Source: an uncultured bacterium (lineage in GTDB: Bacteria > Oederibacteriota > PGYV01 > CAWJRG01). From it: a stretch of 64,000 nucleotides of DNA. Position 1 is the stretch's first letter; each line of letters begins with the position of its first letter. The stretch spans positions 389,297-453,296 of the forward strand of contig CAWJRG010000010.1 of NCBI GenBank assembly GCA_963845185.1. Direction: 5' to 3'. The position numbers and the translations under genes are program-made. Positions 57,247 through 64,000 of this stretch are shown here, one piece after another. The notes under the pieces are model-generated. The model was not told the origin of the DNA. It searched no databases and saw only the letters and a list, made by a program, of their open reading frames with translations.

Positions 57247-60200
57247 TTAACGAATCACGAATATCGTGCCCATTTTTAATATATCGGACTTTAACTTGAT
57301 TATATAATAATACACCCCTGGAGATACTGGGCTGCCGTATGAATTCCTGCCGTTCCAGTACACATCCGGAGTCTGCGCCGTCAGTGAAATTACAAGCTCC
57401 ACTGATATTGTGTAAATGTATATGTTTGCGCCGATAGGCAGGTTGATGATTTTTAAAGTCCCATCAAATGCTTTGCCGGGGCTGAAAGGGTTGGGATAAA
57501 TAATAATGTCACCAATGGGATATGGAGTAGGTGTTGGCGTGATTGTAGGCGATATTGTTATAGTGGGCGTTATGCTTGATGTGGGTGTTTGTGTTGAAGT
57601 AATCGTGCCGGTCGGCGATATTGTATAAGTTGGGGTCGGGGTAAACGTTTCCGTTATTGTTAATGTCGCTGTGTCCGTATAAGTAATTGTATAGGTTGAC
57701 GTCACGGTATAAGTCGGCGTTAATGTATAAGTCCGTGTTATTGTAGCAGTGTTTGTACTTGTGCTTGTAGTTGTGGCGGTGTATGTATTTGTATATGTGC
57801 ATGTAGGAGACTTTGTGTTTGTATAAGTTGGCGTCGGGCTGGCGCATGCGCCGAATTCCTGGATTCTGTAATTGTATGTATCTGCAATATATATATTGCC
57901 GTTGCTGGACACTGCTACTGCTTCAGGCCAATTAAACTGCCCGGCACTGCTTCCAGCACTGCCCCATTGTGTTATATATACCCCGCTTGATGTGAATTTC
58001 TGTATCCTGTTGTTGTTCATATCTATCACATATATGTTCCCGCTGCTGTCCGTGGCTATTCCAGTAGGATCATTGAACTGCCCTGCCCCGCTCCCGGCGC
58101 TGCCCCATTGTGTTATATATACACCGCTTGATGTGAATTTCTGTATCCTGTTGTTCACCATATCAGTCACATAAATATTTCCGCTATTATCAATGGCTAT
58201 GTTAATAGGTGAATTAAATTGTCCATTACCGTTACCAAGACTTCCCCATTGTGCTAAATAATTTCCGGCCGAATCAAATTTTTGTATCCTGTTGTTAATT
58301 GTATCCGCAACATACACGTTTCCGCTGCTGTCCGTGACTAATCCGTGGGGAGTACTGAATTGCCCGTTGCCGCTTCCAGCGCTGCCCCATTGAGTTATAT
58401 ATGCTCCGCTTGATGTAAATTTCTCTATCCTGTTATTCCAGCTATCCGAAACATAAATATTGCTGCTGCTGTCCGCGGTTACTCCGCAAGGATGATTAAA
58501 CTGCCCGTTGCCGCTTCCAGAACTACCCCATTGAGTTATATAACTTCCACTTGAAGTGAATTCCTGTATCCTGCTATTGTCTATATCCGCCACATAAATA
58601 TTGCCGCTGCTGTCTACGGCTAAATTCCACGGAGAATTAAATTGCCCATTGCCGGTTCCCAAAATACCCCATGCCGTGATAAAACAGGGCGGTGGTACAG
58701 CTTCCGGTGTATTGGTTGGCGTTATGGACATAGTGTTTGTCGGTGTCTCTGTTTGAGTTATTGTTTGTGTTATTGAAGGCGTTGCCGACAAAGTGGGCGT
58801 CGGGCTGAGGCACGCGCCGAATTCTTCCATCCTGTAATTGCCCCCGTCTGAAGCATAAATGTCTCCGCTGCTGTCCACTGCTACTCCGTTAACACCTTCA
58901 AACTGCCCACTGTTTGTTCCAGTACTGCCCCACTGCGTTATATACGCGCCCGTGCTGCTGAATTCCTCGATCCTGTTATTCCCGTCGTCTGCAACATATA
59001 CGTTTCCGCTGCTGTCCACTGCCACTTCCACAGGATAGTTAAGCTGCCCGTCGCCGCTTCCGGGATTTAAATATGAACTTCCAAACTGGGTAATATATGC
59101 TCCTGTGCTGCTGAATACCTCAATTCTGTTATTATTCAGGTCTGCGACATACACATCCCCGCCGCTGCCCACTGCTATTCCGTAAGGATAATTAAACTGC
59201 CCGTTCCCGGATCCAAGGCTTCCCCACTGTGTTATATATGTTCCCGTGCTGGTAAATTCTTCAATCCTGTTGTTGCTGGAATCTGCTACATACACGTTTC
59301 CGCTGCCTGATATCGCTACTCCATGGGGTTGGTTTAACCCTCCGCCCCATTGTGTTATATATGTTCCTGTGCTGCTGAACTCTTCGATTCTGCCATTGGT
59401 CCAGTCTGCAACAAATACATTTCCGCTGCTGTCTATTGCCATTCCGGTGGGGCCTCCAAACTGGCCGTTGCCGCTCCCGCCGCTGCCAAATTGCGTTATA
59501 TACGCGCCTGTGCTGCTGAACACTTCAATCCTGTTATTAATTCCATCCGCAACATACACGTCCCCGCTGCCTGATACTGCCACTTCCCATGGGACTCCAA
59601 ACTGCCCGTTGCCGTTTCCATAACTGCCCCATGCCCTGATAAAACAAGGCGCCCCGGGCGCTGTCGTGCTTGTCGGCGTCGGGGTTATATTGCACGGTCC
59701 GAATTCTTCAATCCTGTTGTTTGAATAATCGGAAATATAAATATCCCCACTGCTGTTTACTGCCACTCCATAAGGATTGCGGAACTGCCAGTTGCCGTTT
59801 CCGGGACTGCCCCATTGCGTTATGTATGTGCCTGTGCTGCTGAATTCTTCGACCCTGTCAAGAGTGGAATTATTTTCCGCTACATACACGTTTCCGCTGC
59901 TGTCTATTGCTATCCCTACAGGGTTAAGAAACTGTGCGGGGTCGCTTCCATAACCGCCAAACTGTGTTATATACGCGCCCGAACTGCTGAATTCTTCGAC
60001 CCTGTCATTGCTTGAATCTACTACATATACGTTTCCGCTGCTGTCTGTTGCTATCCCGGTAGGTTCAATAATCTGCCCGTTGCCGCTTCCATAACTGCCG
60101 AATTGGGTTATGTACACGCCAGTGCTGGTGAATTTTTCGATCCTGTCATTACCGCCGTCCGTAACATACACGTTTCCGCTGCTGTCTGTTGCTATTCCGT

Positions 60201-60771
60201 TGGGACGGACAAACTGCCCGTCGCCTGCTCCATGACCGCCCCATTGTGTGATATATGCGCCTGTACTGCTGAATTCCTCTATCCTGAGATTACCATAATC
60301 TATGACATATACGTTCCCGCCTGCGCCGACTGCCACTCCAACAGGGTTGATAAACTGCCCATAGCCGGATCCGGAAATTCCCCACTGGGTAATATACGCT
60401 CCTGTGCTGCTGAATTCCTCTATCCTGTTATTACCAGAATCCGCGACATACACGTCCCCGTTGCTGTCTGTTGCTATTCCTTTAGGGCCATAAAACTGTC
60501 CGTTGCCGCTCCCGCCGCTGCCCACTGCAGTAATAAAACATGGCGTCGGCCCTGATACTAAAGTGGCAGTATTGGTCGGCATCAAAGTAAATGTGCCTGT
60601 CGGAGACACTACAGGCGTGTCTGTCAAAGACGCAGTCGGTGTAAACGTGTCCGGCGGGGTAGGCGTTATGGAAGGAGTATCTGTCACAGATACTACAGGA
60701 GTATTTGTCATTGTCGAGCCGGGCGGCACTGGCGTATCTGTCTGGGTTGTTGTCGGTACGCACAAGCACAT
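57247..60771 (-). CDS. Very large NHL-repeat beta-propeller protein (more than 20 NHL units in 4 blocks separated by Thr/Pro linkers) with C-terminal T9SS/FlgD-Ig-like sorting domain. Probably the distal part of a longer frameshifted gene extending to 62396.
   Basis: Repeats NNRIEEFSSTGAYITQWG..GNGQF. C-terminus IIIYPNPFSPGKA...GVYYYIIKL. No signal peptide at the annotated start, but the reading frame is open upstream. Confidence 0.65.
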   Translation of the reverse strand: MCLCVPTTTQTDTPVPPGSTMTNTPVVSVTDTPSITPTPPDTFTPTASLTDTPVVSPTGTFTLMPTNTATLVSGPTPCFITAVGSGGSGNGQFYGPKGIATDSNGDVYVADSGNNRIEEFSSTGAYITQWGISGSGYGQFINPVGVAVGAGGNVYVIDYGNLRIEEFSSTGAYITQWGGHGAGDGQFVRPNGIATDSSGNVYVTDGGNDRIEKFTSTGVYITQFGSYGSGNGQIIEPTGIATDSSGNVYVVDSSNDRVEEFSSSGAYITQFGGYGSDPAQFLNPVGIAIDSSGNVYVAENNSTLDRVEEFSSTGTYITQWGSPGNGNWQFRNPYGVAVNSSGDIYISDYSNNRIEEFGPCNITPTPTSTTAPGAPCFIRAWGSYGNGNGQFGVPWEVAVSGSGDVYVADGINNRIEVFSSTGAYITQFGSGGSGNGQFGGPTGMAIDSSGNVFVADWTNGRIEEFSSTGTYITQWGGGLNQPHGVAISGSGNVYVADSSNNRIEEFTSTGTYITQWGSLGSGNGQFNYPYGIAVGSGGDVYVADLNNNRIEVFSSTGAYITQFGSSYLNPGSGDGQLNYPVEVAVDSSGNVYVADDGNNRIEEFSSTGAYITQWGSTGTNSGQFEGVNGVAVDSSGDIYASDGGNYRMEEFGACLSPTPTLSATPSITQTITQTETPTNTMSITPTNTPEAVPPPCFITAWGILGTGNGQFNSPWNLAVDSSGNIYVADIDNSRIQEFTSSGSYITQWGSSGSGNGQFNHPCGVTADSSSNIYVSDSWNNRIEKFTSSGAYITQWGSAGSGNGQFSTPHGLVTDSSGNVYVADTINNRIQKFDSAGNYLAQWGSLGNGNGQFNSPINIAIDNSGNIYVTDMVNNRIQKFTSSGVYITQWGSAGSGAGQFNDPTGIATDSSGNIYVIDMNNNRIQKFTSSGVYITQWGSAGSSAGQFNWPEAVAVSSNGNIYIADTYNYRIQEFGACASPTPTYTNTKSPTCTYTNTYTATTTSTSTNTATITRTYTLTPTYTVTSTYTITYTDTATLTITETFTPTPTYTISPTGTITSTQTPTSSITPTITISPTITPTPTPYPIGDIIIYPNPFSPGKAFDGTLKIINLPIGANIYIYTISVELVISLTAQTPDVYWNGRNSYGSPVSPGVYYYIIKLKSDILKMGTIFVIR

Positions 60772-60803
60772 TATATTAGTCCATGGGGATAATATCGGGC
60801 ATA

Positions 60804-62396
60804 TTATGGAACTGTCAGGCGATGATTCTGTTTGAAATATGATACTATACGAAAACAGGTGCCACCCGCCCCAGGACCCGGCGCCCAGCAGTTTGCTGGG
60901 GCAGTTGCGCCCGGACCTCCAGCGCTTGTGTCGCCGTAAGTCACTGTTATCTGCCCTGTATTGGCAGCCAGGCCCGCAACCTCAACTGTTATATTGCCTC
61001 CGCTTACGCTTGAGCTGACCAGAGTCCCGCTGTTTACTGTTACTGTAAAATATCCCGGGTCAGTAGTTGTTGCGCTCGGCGTGTTCCATCCTGTCCCGGA
61101 CATTGTTATTATTAAAGTCCCGTATCCGGGCAAGCTCGCCATGTGTCAGGCCCTGCTGTATAAGTAAAAACAATCGTATTGCCAGTGCTTCCCGCACAAA
61201 ATGATGCCGGGTTTACAGCTATGCTCCCCTCGCCGATACATTGCGTTTGTGTCACAGTTGGAGTGGACGTATTCTGCGGAGTCTCTGTTCCGGTAAATGT
61301 CTGTGTTACAGGCAGCGTGTTTGTCGGAGATACTATGGGTGTGTTTGTCAACGACGCAGTCTGCGTCGGCGTATCCTGCGGAGTCGGTGTTTCGGTAAAT
61401 GTCGGCGTCATAGAAGGCGTGCTTGTTGCCGATACAACAGGCGTTATTGTCGGGCTTGGGCATGTGCCGAATTCCTGTATCCTGTAATTTAAAGTGTCTG
61501 CAACATACACATCCCCATTGCTGTCTATAGCTATTCCGTCAGGATCATTAAACTGCCCGTTGCCGCTTCCTTCACTTCCCCATTGTGTAATGTATGCGCC
61601 TGTGCTGCTGAATTCCTGTACCCTGTAATTGCCGTCCACGATATAAACATCCCCGCTGCTGTCTATTGTCACTCCGACAGGATGATTAAACTGCCCGTTG
61701 CCGTATCCCTGGGTGCCCCATTGTGTTATATAATTGCCTGAACTGTCGAATTCTTCGATTCTGTTATTATATTGGTCCAGGACATACACGTCCCCGTTGC
61801 TGTCTGCTGCTATTCCCGTGGTTATATTAAACTGCCCATTTCCCGTTTCCAATGCCGCCCCATTGTGTAATGTATGCGCCTGTACTGCTGAATTCCTGGA
61901 CCCTGTTATTATTCGAGTCAGTTACATATATATACCCGCTGCTGTCTATTGCTATCCCATAAGGGGACCAAAACTGCCCGTTGGCCTGACCTCCGCTTCC
62001 CCATTGTGTTATGTAATTGCCCGAGCTGTCGAATTCTTCGATTCTGTTATTATCCAGGTCTGCAACATACACATTCCCGCTGCTGTCTATTGCCAGTCCT
62101 TCAGGGTCCATAAACTGCCCGTTGCCGGTTCCATAACTGCCCCATTGTGTAATATATGTCCCTGTGCTGCTGAATTCTTCTATTCTACTGTTTACTGAGT
62201 TGTCTGCAACATACACATCCCCGCTGCTGTTTATTGCTATCCCATTCGGGGAATCAAACTGCCCGTTACCGCTTCCGTAAGTTCCCCAGCTGAGAATATA
62301 ACAGGGCGGGGCAGTGCCTGCGAATAAATTATTTGCCGCGAAAATAAATGACAATAACAAAATTGTGGTTATTATTTTTGCCTTACTTTTGCCCAC
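60804..62396 (-). pseudogene. N-terminal portion of the giant NHL gene (signal peptide MGKSKAKIITTILLLSFIFAANNLFA) split into 3 ORFs by frameshifts.
   Basis: ORFs 61827..62396, 61112..61852 and 60804..61142 overlap in different frames. The shift near 61845 lies in GGGAAATGGG, where removing one A restores WGGIGNGNGQFN. Confidence 0.55.
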
Positions 62397-62584
62397 CTAT
62401 AATGCTCCTTTTAAAAAATATGCATCTTTTCCGCTCCAGTTGACATAAATGCATTAAAACGCCCTTAATTACAGGTTGAATTATTAGACAAATTATACAC
62501 CAATAAGTTCCTTGTTTATTTAAAAAAATTCAATGGTTTAAGGCTTTTTATTGTTTCGGCTTATAAAACCCCCTGCTTTTAAAA

Positions 62585-63175
62585 TCAGCTAAACTTATTA
62601 TTAATAATCCGTTCCACGTCCTTGAGCCAGTTTTTCCTTTGCTGCGGCGTGCTTGTTACCATGATGCCGTAGGTTTTCCTGTAAAAATCCTTTATTCCGG
62701 CCAGGCCGAACACGCAGTTTTTCCATATTGTCTCCAGCGGGTCCCTGAATGTTTTCTTTTCCCTTAGCGGCTTTGTATTTGAAGTATTAAAAACAATCGC
62801 GGTTTTTGCCTTTAACAGCCCTACAGGCACGCCCTCGCCCTTGTCGCCTTCCAGGAATTTATATGCTGTGCCAACCCTTATCACCCTGTCTATCCAGCCT
62901 TTCATTATTGCCGGCGGCATGCCCCACCAGTTCGGGTGCACTATAATAATGCCGTTTGCTTCCCAGATTTCTTTGCAGTGCTTTTTTACGATTGCAGGCA
63001 GCATCGCTCCTCTTTTATCTTCCCCCTCCGGCAAGACAGGCGGAAATTTTTCCTCGTAAAGGTCGTGGAAAATTATTTCACAGCCTTTTTTCTCAAGCGC
63101 CTTTGCCGCTGTTTCTGCTATTGCCCTGCAGAAACTTTTTTTGTTTGGATTTGCCAGTATTATCAATATTTTCAT
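62585..63175 (-). CDS. Flavodoxin-like fold NAD(P)H-dependent FMN reductase / NQO1-like oxidoreductase.
   Basis: MKILIILANPNKKSF ... architecture of the Flavodoxin_2 family. Confidence 0.5.
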   Translation of the reverse strand: MKILIILANPNKKSFCRAIAETAAKALEKKGCEIIFHDLYEEKFPPVLPEGEDKRGAMLPAIVKKHCKEIWEANGIIIVHPNWWGMPPAIMKGWIDRVIRVGTAYKFLEGDKGEGVPVGLLKAKTAIVFNTSNTKPLREKKTFRDPLETIWKNCVFGLAGIKDFYRKTYGIMVTSTPQQRKNWLKDVERIINNKFS

Positions 63176-63185
63176 TGCGTCTCCT

Positions 63186-63416
63186 TTATCGCTTATTAAA
63201 CCATTCTTTAATCTGTTTTGTTTTATCCCCCTGTATTTCTATTGTGCCGTTCTTTACAGTTCCGCCTGTTCCAAGGATTGTTTTTAAATCCTTTGCAATC
63301 GCGTTTAACCTGTATTCGCCGTAAGTGTGCAGGCCCGATATGATCGTCACCTGCTTCGCGCCCCTTTTTTCAAAGTATATTTTTGGCTTTGGCGGCTGCG
63401 GATTGGATTTTTTCAT
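63186..63416 (-). CDS. yciH: SUI1/YciH family translation initiation factor.
   Basis: GGTVKNGTIEIQGD motif; 76 aa. Confidence 0.6.
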   Translation of the reverse strand: MKKSNPQPPKPKIYFEKRGAKQVTIISGLHTYGEYRLNAIAKDLKTILGTGGTVKNGTIEIQGDKTKQIKEWFNKR

Positions 63417-63468
63417 TGTAACGAACCGATAAATGTGGCTATAGTCGTAAACCGCATCAGTGTTTTCA

Positions 63469-64000
63469 TTACAATACCACCAGCACGCCTGTCCAGTGTT
63501 TTTTTGCTTTTCCCTGGTTTGCCTGTTTTACTGCAGTCACATCCACAAAATAAATCCCGTTATCAATTTTTCTGCTGTTTTCCAGTATTATTTCCAGCTT
63601 TGTGCCCGGTGTCACACCGGCAAATACATTGTTATAAACCTTTCTCATGCTTACGGTAAATATTTTCACCCTTAAGTCTATTACGCCGCACATATCAAAA
63701 AGCAGGTTCACTGTCCTCCCGTTGCACGGATTTGGATATAACATGGCGCTCAGGTTCATGTCGCACACAGGCGTCTGTGTGTATGCCGGTGTCGTGGTGC
63801 ATGTGGCAGTAAACGTCGCGGGGTATAATGTCTGCGTGGGCGAAGCTGTTGCAGTGAATGTCTGCGTATATGTCCTGGTCGCTGTGTATGTGATTGTGAC
63901 CGTCGCTGTCTGGTTGCATGTGAAATAAGCAGGCTGGGGCAATTGATTGCAGGATTTCATTTTTACCGCTGTATAAACGCCGAAAATAGTATCAGCCAGG
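63469..64000 (-). CDS. C-terminal part of a secreted protein with Thr-rich linker and T9SS/FlgD-Ig-like C-terminal domain. The ORF stays open past the window end.
   Basis: LYPNPCNGRTVNLLFD...GIYFVDV. No stop upstream of the listed ATG up to position 64000. Confidence 0.45.
   Translation of the reverse strand, partial: LADTIFGVYTAVKMKSCNQLPQPAYFTCNQTATVTITYTATRTYTQTFTATASPTQTLYPATFTATCTTTPAYTQTPVCDMNLSAMLYPNPCNGRTVNLLFDMCGVIDLRVKIFTVSMRKVYNNVFAGVTPGTKLEIILENSRKIDNGIYFVDVTAVKQANQGKAKKHWTGVLVVL

Noticed and set aside
1-64000. Scan for tRNA genes and CRISPR arrays
   Set aside because: By eye I found no GGTTCGAATCC-type T-arm motifs with acceptor stems and no regularly spaced direct repeats. This was not checked computationally.

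Overview
This 64-kb window is about 50% GC and almost entirely minus-strand coding. It looks like an accessory or surface-structure region of a probably uncultivated bacterium. I read the following on both strands.

1. A tandem family of at least 10 paralogous surface lipoproteins (2.2-20.2 kb, 54.0-55.1 kb, 57.2-62.4 kb). They share a near-identical terminator, sigma70 promoter, 5'UTR, lipoprotein signal peptide and Thr/Gln/Ala-rich linker modules. Their C-terminal domains differ: Kelch propeller, NHL repeats, RCC1 repeats, FGE-sulfatase. Several members are disrupted by frameshifts or a duplicated in-frame TAG.
2. A partial Tad/Flp pilus cluster (23.2-28.6 kb).
3. A ~6-kb AT-rich island (28.7-34.9 kb) carrying a Type IIG restriction-modification (RM) enzyme and a tight 4-gene operon that includes a DUF4062-like protein. 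I consider the operon a candidate novel defence system.
4. A ParB-like membrane protein.
5. A glycosylation/polysaccharide locus (37.1-47.7 kb). It contains two GT-C (PMT/ArnT-like) transferases, a duplicated GT4 with both copies independently frameshifted, and GT2, Wzy-like, Wzx and PilZ genes.
6. An ABC-2 exporter.
7. An IS110-family element plus a 231-bp transposase-less derivative that retains the structured non-coding end (bridge-RNA-like).
8. A ~0.9-kb non-coding stretch (15.4-16.3 kb) with ordered but very divergent similarity to the 5' domain of 23S rRNA.

The supplied track lists only complete ORFs. It therefore misses a partial glycoside hydrolase gene at 1..1439 (-) and the far end of the ORF at 63469..>64000.
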